Positions 48,966 to 61,239 of a DNA stretch of 64,000 bases are shown here, piece after piece; the stretch's first letter is position 1, and each line of letters opens with the position of its first letter. Below the pieces are notes generated by a model that did no database searches, was not told the origin of the DNA, and saw nothing but the letters and a program-made list of their open reading frames with translations. Location: contig OZ296655.1 in assembly GCA_965655095.1 (NCBI GenBank), positions 46,438,001-46,502,000 of the forward strand, in the 5' to 3' direction. Position numbers and translations under genes: made by a program. Source of the DNA: Haplodiscus bocki (taxonomy: Eukaryota).

Positions 48966-49419
48966 CTGAAACAAAAACAAACTTTGGAAATTTGCAAAAA
49001 ATTTAACTTGTCAGGGCTTGAAGCAGGCACCAGAAAACCATAGAATGGCCTAATGGTTTTCCGAGAACCCTGAAAAAAGCTTAAAAGAAATTTATAGTTT
49101 TGATTGCAAAGGTTACCCAACAAATATCATCTTACTTGTAGCCTAGCAGGTCTCTTTTCCTTTTCTAACCGCGGTTTTTTTAATAGAAATGCTTTTTTAC
49201 AGGCAGACCTTAAATTAGGCCAAATAGACTAGGTAAATTTGATCAGAATTTCCTATCCAAACATGTCTCTCGATATTAAGGCTACGTCCAAACAGGATTC
49301 TATATACAATTATTCCCTGAACCAGGTGTACCGATTGCGTGATTTTAAAACTTGAACGGAAAACCTTTCTTGGAATGCTTTATTTCCCCTCAGCAATAGT
49401 CTTAAAATTTCTTGTACTT

Positions 49420-52400
49420 AATAATATATCTTGTTTTTATTGGTTGGTTCGAAAGAAAAATCTTTTAGAGTGTTTACCATCCATTGGTTAATGATTTTTA
49501 ATGTAATTTTGTTTAGTTCAGTCCATCTTATCCGGGTTGATGAAATTCTGTTTGTTTTGTGGATTTGCTGTTTTTTTGGTTGTTTGTTTTCAAAAAAAAC
49601 ATCAAAAATCACAGTAAAATCTGTTCCACATGTGATCAATTGTTTTGTTATGTTCATTTATATTAGGCATTAGTTTGAGGTTGAAGTCTGTTGTTCATTT
49701 GACGATAGTAGAATGGAACATTCATCCCATTGGTGGAAATTAGTGAGGCTAGAGCTTGTGTCTAACTTGCAAAGAGTGGATTTCTATGATTAATTTTGAA
49801 TTAGAGTCGTTTGTTATTTCTTATATGTCGCTGGTTGAAAAAAAGTCGGTGTTAAGTAAATTCCGCAAAGTCAATAGTGAATAATTGAATCTTCAAATTG
49901 TTACTGATTCACTTGTCATTGTCAGTTGAGAAAAGCAGTCAAATTACTTATAAATCACATTTGTATGCGTTTGCGGCGTCATTCTGTATCATTTTAAAGA
50001 GGATTGATGAAGATAGATTGCTGTATTCTGTAATTCTTCTCAAGCAGAAGTTTTTGCAGGAAAGAACATCTAGTATTGGAAAAGGAGGCAACATTTTGAG
50101 CAACACTAGAATGCAATTAGTGGGGTGTAACACCGTAGAAATAGCAGAAATATCTGTTGTGACGACAATATATGCACACACAATGGCGATGAGGCGTGAT
50201 ATGCTGGCGCAAGTCTACACGTTGAAGAGCGATCGATTGTGTGTAAAAAGATGCTGATTTCTGTGGAATAAACAAAGGGTCTTTCGGAGGGTATCCTATC
50301 GAGGACGGCTAATGTTTGTGAGTTTGTACAGATTTTTTCATTTGAAATAAAAATGGATAGTCCACACAAAGTGCGTTCGCCCAAAAAAGTGAATGGTTGA
50401 TGACATCAAGCAAAGCGTAGAGTGAGACCGGTTAAAGAGTCGGCCACGTCTTGACACAATGGCTTTTATTTTCTGGTTGCCTATTTAAACAATAATCTGG
50501 GAAAGATAGTAGAATTTCAGAGCATTTAGCACAAAATAGTTTCAAAAAAACATGAGGAGAGGTATTTAGTTATTTAAAATTTTTTTTAATTTCACTTCGA
50601 AAGATTTCAAGTTCGAAGTTGCAAATGAAATGAATAGTTGAAAAAGGTTTTATTCAAAGTTTTGTTATTTTTCAAATAGCAGTGAGATAGATTTTTCGAT
50701 TATGAAATAGCAGCAAGAAAGAATCTTTTGATATCCAAGCAGTAGCACAGCTGAATTGAGTTGGGGAATCGCAACGAATGAAGCGAAGAAGGTAATTATA
50801 TAAATTTCATGCAGTGGAAACCCACTGATTGGTTAATATCTTTGTCCGAAAGCACTTTTACTGGCTAGCGAGTTTGATAAGAGACGCCACCGAAGTTTCC
50901 AGGAAAACCTTTGTTTTCCGAACAATATATCGGTAAGAAGTTGTGGAAACTTGAATATGACGAATGTTATTTATAATTAAGATGGTCCTTGCATAAAATC
51001 CCAATGAACAGTTGGTAACTTTGTATCAATGCAATTTTACCAGGTAGCAAAGTTGGTTCGACAAACGTCTGAAAAGTATAGGGAATTGTTTTGTTTTCCG
51101 AAAGGCAATTTATCTGAAAAAGGCCGCAAAACAAGTTTTAAGGGTCTCTCCTACATTAATCTACATGATTTTCACCAAAATCACAATGATCGCCTGGTGA
51201 CTTCGTGAAAAGTAAATATGATTGTTTGTTTAGTTTTGTTAGAGAGATGGACGAAGGTGCTACGAGAATGTCTTGTTTTCCGATTAGTTTATCGGTCGTT
51301 CAAAAATGCCGAAGAACGAGTTCAATACATTTCAAATACGAATAAAGAATTGTTTTGAAATGCGCTGTAGTTTATCTAGCGATAATTAAAAAGAAGATTT
51401 GAAGAATGTCTTGAGCTGGTTTGGGTTGTTTTCATCCAAAATTGAACAAAATTTTAGACGCAGGTAGGTAAGTGCGGTAGTCTTTGACATGTAGTCGTCG
51501 GAGACTGCGAGTCGTTTAAAATTGAGAAAAACGTGCAAGGTTCAGAAGATGTGGCATCTAATGCAGGTGTATTTGATTGTATTGTGTCGGTGTGAATAAT
51601 ATTTGTTTGATACTGGGGCGAAATAGGCGTTTGTTGAGAAATTTCCAGCAAAAATGGAGACGAATTGTTTTCATCAAGAGAATCTATCAAAGTGTGGTGT
51701 GTATCAGTCAAAGTAGTATCTGGTGTGGTCTCGTTGTCAGAATTTTTAAAGAGTCGTATTGTGATCGCTCTGGGGAAACAAGTCCCATCGGCTGGGTTAA
51801 ACAAGGATAAGGTTGTTTATAGATGAAATGAGACAGTTTTGCATTGTTAAATAGGTTTTTCTGAACAAGTGACGACCAGATAAAATTTGATTAAATGACT
51901 TCTGTTACACATCGCATAATTTCCCAACGACCTGCGTCTAATGGCTGTAGTTTTGGAGATGATATCGGGTTCACTGAAAAGTTTCTACTTTGTGAAGTGA
52001 AAGAAATTAAAAATTCGGTAAAGATAAGCTGAACAACTGTATTCTGATATGTGGTAGTATTGTGAGAGTGAGTTGGTAAATATTTATAAAACCGACGAGC
52101 ACAAACTTGGTGGTGATCACGAGTTAGTTCTGAGTCAAAATCTATAGGGATGCTGAACATTTCTTCTAGAAACATTTCGTATGGAGAGAACGTATTTTTA
52201 CATAGAGTTTTTGCGTTATGTGCAAAGGTATGAAATTCAGCTTGATCAGATCAATGAATGTTCTTTTTTTCTGAGTTAGTACGAGCAAATCTGTCGGCTG
52301 TGTGTTTTGGCTTCCGACTAATCCATTTGCCCATAGTGTGTGCAGATATCGTGAACGATGTTCAAATCCGAAAATTTTACCTGTGCTTGAAATTACGGTA

Positions 52401-55400
52401 ATAGAGTACTCCGACCCTTTATCTGTATCAAGAAATTTTGGTGGGCTAACAATGATAAACCAATTCTTGAAAAGAATATCCGCAGCGGTTTCAGCATCGC
52501 CTTCTGGAGTTGGTTTTGTTGTTACATAATAAGAAAAGGCATCTAAAATAACAAAAACAATTATTTCATGTCTGAAGGTTGTATTGAACATTTTGAATCC
52601 TTACTTATACATTTTTTTTATACCTTCAGCGGTTTAAACGAAATGTGATTGAGGAGCAGTTTTAATATCTTTTGGGAAGCTTAAGTAGTTTGACAGGAGA
52701 GGTAATCTATGTTTAGTAAATCAATCCATTTCCCGAATCCTGGGAAATAAAAGCGAAGTTTGAAATTACAGTACGTCCGGTCTAGTCCATGATGACAAGA
52801 AAACAAGAAAAATCAAGCCAGTGTGCTTGTCAAAATCTCGGTGAAAAAAAAGTTGGGAGAGAGACAAAATTGTGTTTTTGGTTCAAAATTGGATACGAAT
52901 TCAGAGTAAGTGGTCACATAAGAGAGGTCTATTTCTTCATCAAGTTGTAAAAGGTCAAAATGGTCTTGACAACGATTTATATCTTTCTTTCCTGTAATGG
53001 TATGGTTTTCCTTTCGCGGTCTCGGGGTTGATAGGTCTAAGAGCCATAGTCTAAACTTTTTGAGAACAGAATTTATTTTCTTCTACTGTAATAAAATTTC
53101 AATTATGGAATTTTTTTCATTAGGTGCAAAGAAATCATGATGTGTTTTGGATCAATATCAAAAACGGGAATCAGTGAGTATTTCCGAGACATTTTTAGTC
53201 CTGCTGGATTAACAGAGAGATTATTTTGTTGTAGTTGAATTAGCATGTTTGCATCGAGTGATGATTGGTTGTTAGCAGACTTCAGACGTTCTGATTGGAC
53301 GTACTGTAGTTCTGCTTGTGTTGAAACTCTTCTATCAACAATATCTATTTCATCCGTATGAACATAGGTCTCATTTAGTTTGCACTTCTTTTGTGCCTCC
53401 TGAATTAGCTCAATTTATGTTTCCGTTGAAGGGAGTGAAATCTCTAGAAAGAAAGTTTTCTTCAGTGAGTGGTGTTATCTTAATTTTGTGGCTACGATCA
53501 AACTTTTTCAGAGTGAACTTGTCTCTGCCATTGTCGCAGTTGATTGGGTGTGGATCGTTTGAATCGGAGATTGTTAATGGTTCTTTTTTATTATTTCTGT
53601 CGGTTTTACAAAATTTGGAAAGATCTTTGGATGAAACTTTAGAAGTCGGAAATGTTTTATGCAGTTTTTGTTGATATTGTACTGACTTGATTGAAAAATT
53701 TCCACTTAGCAAATCTGATATTGAAAGTTTCTGGCCTTCTGTACAAAACATGACTAGTTTTGGAAACGTGTAAAACTTTCATATTAGAAAAAATTGTGTT
53801 TTTATGTTGCCTTTCCTTGCCAAGAGACTGAAGATGCATTTATTGTCAGCATAAATTGTTATCGGATGTTTTTAGGCCAAATCTTATAAACTCAATAAAT
53901 CTCTAAAGTGTAGACAATAGTGGTTAGTTCATGATTGAAAATGGCTTTTTTTCCATTCAATATGCAAGAGTTATGTAAAACAACTTGCATTCGGTCTTTA
54001 TTGTCAACCTGATCTGAAACAGTGTTTGTTCCGATTGCAAAGGCATCAACAATGATGAATAGATTTTTTTGTATTTGCTAGTGTTAGTTCACACGTCGTA
54101 AGGGCTAACATATTTTTAGTTTCATGAAAACGTTTCCTTATTCTTGGTTCTAGTTGAAGAGAACGTCACTTTGAAGTAAAAGCTACAGTGGAGCTAGAAT
54201 AACGTGGAGACTTGAGAATTTTTTTTAATATTAGTTTAAAGCTCCTCTGAGCAGTCTCAAAACAACTTTTTATGATTCGGGTTGTTTCATTTGTTGAATG
54301 GCTTCATTTTTACTGAGTAACGGTTTTTTTCATTCGGTTAACTTTATGTCGAAGAAAATTAACGGCAATGATAGTGAAAGAGGTCTTATCTGAGCAGCTT
54401 TGATTTCAGAAATGCGCAGTGCTTCAATAAAAATTCGGAGTCGTTCAAAACTTTGAGGTTCACTTTCTAAGTGAATAAAGATGTCGTCAACTTATGATAA
54501 AATTTCTCTTCTTTCAATAAATCGGACAAAGGGAATAGCCATTTTTCGAGTGAAAATTCCGCGTAGGGCTTTTAAACCATAAAAGCTACGTTTATAATTG
54601 TATTGCTCATTCCCAACAACAAGTTGCACTACTTTTTGTATGCAGGGAGTGAGAAAAACTTTGTGATAAGCAGTAAACCGATCCGTTTTGCTTAGAGTTT
54701 GGCTGTTAGTTCGAGTACTTAGGACTTGAACTAGTCATAATCGAAAGTTGTATTTTGAAACATCGATTATTCTATTGACAAATCTAGCGTGAATAACTAT
54801 TTTATAATTGTCGCCCTCAAGAAAAAAGATAACAAGATTTATATAATCTGAGTCAAATTCATTGTTTCCGACAGCATTCAATCCCACGCGTTCAATTATA
54901 CCGTTACGTTCCAATTCATTGAAAACCTGTTGTTTTTTGTCTCGATAGTGAATGGAATCTTTTTTGTTACGTTGCTTCTAGTTCGGCATCTGGTTAATAT
55001 GTGACATGAATCAGTTTGTCTACAGCTCCTAAATCATCTTCATATTGTGAATAAACTACTTGAAATTCACTTAACCATTGCATGAGATTGAACAGTTTCG
55101 GTGGTGACAGTTGAGAAACTTTGGAAATGAGTATCTGGAGAAAAGATAGTTATTTAGGATCAAATTTATTAATTTGTGATGAAATTTGTTTTGAGGATTC
55201 ATTAGGACTTGCGCAAAACTTTGAACAGCAATTTTGTTAGATGAGTAGTCATTAACAGAAGAATATGTGACATGTATCCCAATTGTATCTGGGTTGATTC
55301 TGTAGAGAATTGTTGGTGTACCATGATTTGAAATTCAAACTGTATTTGGTTCAGGTGGAAGTTTTTTTCATGATTTTCTTCTAGAAAATCAATTTATCCG

Positions 55401-57435
55401 ACACTACCAGTAAAAAATGCGATGGAATTTTTTAAATAATTTTTCAGGAAAATCATTGAAGTATTGAGCTTGTGGATTTGGGTCATGAGTTTCAGTAAAA
55501 GTTGCATGATTATAATATTGTTGCAGAAGTTGGAAAAAAGAACTTTGTTTGAGTTGAAGAAGAGTTGATCTCTTAGAGGGTCAGTTTTGTGACTGCAGAA
55601 GGACGGATAGGGGTAATAAAATGACTTTTTCACATCTAGAATAAAAAGATGACTGTTTATCAGAAAATTCTAAGGAAGTTTCTTTTTCAGGAGTTATTGA
55701 AATATTTGGAATAAAATCCGAATTGAGATGTGAATGGTCAGTATCAATAGCTTTCCAATAAGTTCGGAGAGAAAAAAATCCACGGATCTATCTTTCTGCA
55801 AAGTCCTTTGCAAAGGTGATTGCTAGTGTCGCTTGATGATCTATGAATGGAAGTTGTATAAGCTTAACAATACTTTAAGTTGGTAGTAGTTAGCTATTGA
55901 CCGTTCCTACTTTTGTGTGAACATCAAGTTTGAGTTCCTATTTAAACCGTGAAATGTACGTTTTTATCGCATTCCATGCATGAGTAATCAAAATATAATT
56001 GGTTGCACCTGTGTAGAAGAGGAATGTTATTTCAGGAAAATTCGCTTGTTTCATTAGTTGGCTTCTTTTGGGACAATTAACTGAACATACCAACTAAAAA
56101 TTTGCTGAGTGTCATTTATCATATTAGTACCTTCAATGAATCCAACATCAAAATATATACAGTAATTAAGGAACTGAACATCTGTCATGGTTTTGTTTGA
56201 AGAAGCAGCTTGAAAATTTTCTTCCAATTTTTCAACGAATTTGTTCACCATAAGTTGTGGAAAAGGTAATCGTGGAGAGTTTCCAGACGTATTGATCTTG
56301 TTATGTTGGGGAAGAGTGAAAGATCGTGAGGAAAATTTTGGTTTGTGTGGATTTTGAAATGTTTTCTCTGATAATTATTCGGGGTGAATGATCTAGAGCG
56401 ATTGTCAAATTGTTGATTATATCAACTTCGAATATTGTAGGAGGAGGATCCTTGTCTCGGGGTAAAAGTTCGATATCGAAAAGTTGGTAGAGATGAAGAA
56501 TGGTTATATGATTTGTGTGGTCAAACATAAGTATTAGAAGCACGTTTGTTTGGTAAGTCTTGAAAAGTTGTGAAAAAATCCTTGAACTTTTTCTGTGTAA
56601 CACCTTTAGGTTATGAATGATATTGGTTGCTATCTTCAAAATTAGCTGGACGATTTTATTTGGTTTGTCATTTGAAACATCGTGAGATAGAGTGACCATT
56701 TTTTCTACAAGAAATTCAAAAAACAAAAAATTATTCTAGATTTATTCTTTTTGGCGTCTGTTTGATAGCTTGTCTCAGAACAGGATTGGTGAAAAGAGCG
56801 TTCTTCAGGTTCGAGGTAGTTATTTTGGTGTTGTTTAAAAAGCAAGATGTTTCTTGTGAACATAACTGTTGTTTCCGTTAAGTGGATTAACAAGTTCATC
56901 AACAGTAGGCTTATGATCTTATTTTCNNNNNNNNNNNNNNNNNNNNNNNNNNNNNNNNNNNNNNNNNNNNNNNNNNNNNNNNNNNNNNNNNNNNNNNNNN
57001 NNNNNNNNNNNNNNNNNNNNNNNNNNNNNNNNNNNNNNNNNNNNNNNNNNNNNNNNNNNNNNNNNNNNNNNNNNNNNNNNNNNNNNNNNNNNNNNNNNNN
57101 NNNNNNNNNNNNNNNNNNNNNNNNNNTTGAGACTAGTGGCCTCAAACAACGGAGAATCTCAGCCACAGACTTCGAACTTTCCAATTTCGAAATTTCTCCG
57201 TTTTCGAGGCAGAGGTTTTGAGAGAAACACACAAGACCTTTTAGGCAGGGAAAGCTTTGAACATTTAAGGAGAGAAAGTTCTATTGAATTCTGTGTCAAA
57301 ACGGAAATAAGATGATGTCGTGATTAAAATTACCGGGAAAAGGAAATTTTTCATATCAAACTTAAAGATTGTTATAGCGTTAAATAAATGAAGAAATAGT
57401 GTTTACAACAATGCAAGGTCACGATCACCCTTACA
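49420..57435 (-). mobile_element. Decayed Gypsy/Ty3 LTR retrotransposon (gag-PR-RT-RH-IN), 3' LTR not found
   Basis: Protease-like FLFYTGA (~56010), RT *VDDIFI (~54485), RNase H region ending SDLLS (~53710), integrase VILDAFS..TDKGSEY..WANGLV (52300-52560); candidate LTR start TGTAAGGG at 57435. Confidence 0.8.
56927..57126. other. Assembly gap (200 N)
   Basis: Run of N; contiguity across it is unverified. Confidence 1.
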
Positions 57436-57600
57436 CTGTAAAAATGGCGCGTCCAAATATACCCGAAATGGCCGCACGTAAACTGTTTTGCAGGTAAAAT
57501 TACCTGCGGATTCAGGCAAAAATCTCCGCAGGTAACGATTGCCCGTGGTTTCCGCAGGCAAAAAGCTGAAATTTACTTGCGGCAGCAGGTGATTTACGTG
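57434..57600 (+). mobile_element. Left terminus of a CACTG (CACTA/EnSpm-type) DNA element with subterminal repeats
   Basis: TA-CACTGTAAAAA followed by direct and inverted CCGCAGGTAA/TTACCTGCGG motifs; no partner end found. Confidence 0.55.
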
Positions 57601-58419
57601 AAGCTTTTAATGTTCGTGTCAGGGCAAACGTAGGGATGTTCCTTTTTATCTAGTACCGAACAATTTGACAAAAGTAACCACTTGCTTCCTTTGAAGTCAA
57701 TGGTGAACCCTTCAGAGCTAATTCTGTTCCGAAAAAAAGAACTGTTCATTGTTGGCAGCTCAATCCGTTATTCAAAAAAAAACAATGCTTGCCGGGGACC
57801 TTTCTCTATCGCCAAAAGGATCGGAAGCTAGCTGTTGTCATTTCTTGACTTCTTCTACAATTATTGATTGAACGAAAAATGTCAAGCAAAAAGAAGATTT
57901 GGTCTTGAACATCACTTGAAACACAGTGCATTTTAGATGAGAGGTAACACTGCTGAATTTGTTAAAACCATTGGATTATAGCTAAAGGGAAAAATCCGTT
58001 GTTTTTATCAGGAGAATTTCCTTAACAATTCGACAATTCAAATACCCAAACAAATAGTGACATCTTAGTACTGAAAGCTGTCAACAAAGTTGCGACGAGA
58101 CGTTTGATACATCTTCAGAGCTGACACAGCAAAAGACAGTTTAGAAACTGACTTGATGCTAGAATGACAGCCGAAGCAGGTGGAAACAAAAACTGGAAAG
58201 AAAAGACGTAAAAAGTTAATGGGTTACAATAAAATGGGACATGAAACGCCTTGAATAAAAAAAATGATGAAGGAACGGAAAAAGAGACGCCCTATCCAGT
58301 GCACATTGAACAGTCTTATCAATCCGACGTAACTTTACTTCCTACAATTGGGCGTCCGCCAGTCCAGTGTTCCCGCAAGCAGCAATCAAACACCTCGTTC
58401 ATAAATCCTCAAAACAAAT

Positions 58420-59710
58420 GGTCCGTTTTCCAAGTTTTTAGTATGTTAACTCCCTTTTGATTTTCTATTCCGCTTTCTCTAATATTTGTGTTTTGAATGA
58501 CATCGTTGCAACCTGTTAATGCACTTGCTCCTTGATAGCCCTGCTGCAGCAGGAATTGTGTTTCTGGCCTGGGAAGATTAAGAAAAGCTTGAAATTTTCG
58601 AGATGAATACATGTTTTTGAACTGGTGCTCAAACGTTGCTCAGACATAATTGAAGGATATTGGATACAGCTTCCCTTTTACTTACTTGTAATGAGGAAAG
58701 TAGCTGCGTCATATATTGCACTGAGCCGGTCAGTTTGTAGGTGGAAGTTTTGTCGTATTGCAGCGTTACAGAAACGTTTGCAATTGGACTCCAAAAACGA
58801 TTTGACCGCGAATGGATTGATTTTCCAGTTTTTTGATTGGAAACTTACCATTTCGTCAAATCCATACCTGCATGAACTCAAATCTGCATGAATCGCTCAA
58901 GTAAGATTTTCTTTTGAGGACGTCAAATCGTTCCGATAGTTAGTTTGAGAAATATTCTGGTCTTTTCTTTAAATGTGCCTGTAATTTTTAGCCAAAGGAT
59001 TTTCTAATCCCGATTATGGAGCTGTAGCAAGGCAATGCAACTGTTTCCTATAATTGTACGCCTCGCTGTTTAAGTTTTCTGCAAGTAATGACGAATTAAC
59101 TGTTTGTTAAATTCTGAAAACCAAACAGTCCATTTTTCAAGTTTTCCCTATGTTAACTCTCTTTTGCTGTTCTACTCAGTTTAATGTAATAATTGTGTTT
59201 TGAGTGATAATATTGGGATTTGTTCATGCACCTGCTCGTTGGTGGAGCTGCTGGTGTCGGAAATGTCTTTCTAGCCTGTGAAGACCACAGAAATTTGCAT
59301 ACAAGTCTTTGACCTGGTGCTCAAAGATTGTTCAGACAAGAATGAAAGAAATGAGATACAATTTCTTGTTTACTTCACTCTCTTTTTGAAAATACTTGCC
59401 TGATTTTCTGTAATTAGTTTTTTTGATCTGTGCGATAGTTTTTAGGTTGCAGTTTTGCCGTATTGCAGTGTTACCGAAACGTTTGCAATTGTATTCCAAA
59501 AGTCGATTGACGAAGAATTAGATATATTTTGAGTTTTTTGTTGGACGTTCCGTAGTTTCTGGGACATCATATCTGCATGGGTTGAATTTGGCAAAATTTG
59601 ATCAAATGAGCCTTTCTCTTGACGACATCAAATGTTTTTGATTGTGGTTTAAAGGGGTAATCTGGTCTTTTCGTTAAATATGCGTGTATTTTTGAGCCAA
59701 AGGAATTTTC
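58420..59710. repeat. Diverged tandem duplication, ~580 bp homology with ~705 bp offset
   Basis: CAAGTTTT..TATGTTAACTC at ~58430/59138; GAAACGTTTGCAATTG at ~58771/59476; AGCCAAAGGA at ~58990/59695. Confidence 0.75.
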
Positions 59711-61239
59711 GATTTTCATTGATACACTTTGATCTTCAAATAAAACTTCACTGACTTCGTAGGGGCGTCTTTTTTGGTACATTTGTCGCACCTTCATTCT
59801 AGTTCTTACAACGTTACTTTGACTAGGACGGTTGCATTTGACAAGGTTTTCCTAACTCGAAAGGCCAAAAGTTTTGAACAAAAATGAACGGTTAGCTTTT
59901 ATTGCCCACGCAGCTTAAACGAAATAATTTTTTCTGCCATTTGATTTAGTTTTCTGTTGATGCTTGTATATTGTATCCCTTTTAGATTTTTTTTATAAAA
60001 TCTTGTTCCTACAAAGCTTAGTTGAAACTGAAAAAAATAGGCAAAGAATCTGCGTAAAACAGAAAAATATGCTCCTCAGCTAACTTAAACCATTGAGAAG
60101 CTTCAGTTTGCAATGGTATAGGAAGTGATACCGTTTTCCAACATTTTGATATGTTTCTGTTTCGCCAGTACCCAAAAGTGCTGGGCAAAAGATTTTCGAA
60201 TAAAAACGTTATATGTCTCGCTACCAATTACTTTTGGGTGACATTGAAATGGCAAAACTTCCTAGTATAGAACAAACCATTCGAAAGTTCAAAAAATTGC
60301 ATTTTCTTCAAAAAAGGATGTTTCGAGAGAATTTTAACTGGAAGCGTTAAAAAAAAGGATTGCAATGGAAATTGAATAAATTTTCCGCAGAAATCCAAAT
60401 TTTTCCTAACAGACTGAAGTACACATAACATACACAATGCGGTTTTTGCAGGTCATGATTGCACGAAAGATCAAACAAAGCTCACCTGGAACGGAGCATA
60501 TGAGTTCATGTCTGAAGTAAAGTTTTGATCAAGTATGGAGGAAATCAGGAGGAGTCATCATGTCAAAATAGTGGCAGTATCTTAAAGGAAGACAAGGGAC
60601 AATTATCATCGAACTGAAACTATTGCAAATGTTAAGGCATGACAGTTTTCTCTAGTTAGTTCTTGCCCTAGAGCGAACTCTACTATTTTAATCTATCCAA
60701 AATCACCCGTAGACAAATATATGCGATGCTTCGCTGAAATTTTCGACCAATCCGTAACATCAACACCATCCTAACTTTTAGACTCATTTTATATTCCATG
60801 CTCTGCTGCTTTTTATGAAAACTGAAGAGTTCCAGGTACTCAAAACCTAGGACTCTTCAGACTTCTTCCAAAAATTGGATGCATTTATCCTGAGAATGCT
60901 ATAGATGACTTTGCAGCTGTATTTTTTAGTCCCAAGAACAAAAAGCGGTTTTTTGGGCAAAGTTTTGCGCCCAATTTTTTTCCAATGACGATTTTTTTTC
61001 AATTATTCCACGGGTCCAAGTTAACGACGATTGAAAAATGATTGATCTTTGGGACAACAGGATTCCACTTGAGCAATAGAACTCGTCCGAGTATGGATGC
61101 TTGCAAAGAGAATGACCCAAAAGAAATAATTTATTGACTCTTACTCTGCTATTGCTTTTTCGCAAGTGACTAGTAGTACTCAAAACTGCTACGAAGATGA
61201 ACAAGAAGAAAAATCTTTTTAAGCTATCTGAAAAAAATA

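Noticed and set aside
56705-57232. ORFs spanning the N run
   Set aside because: Artefacts of translating through the assembly gap.
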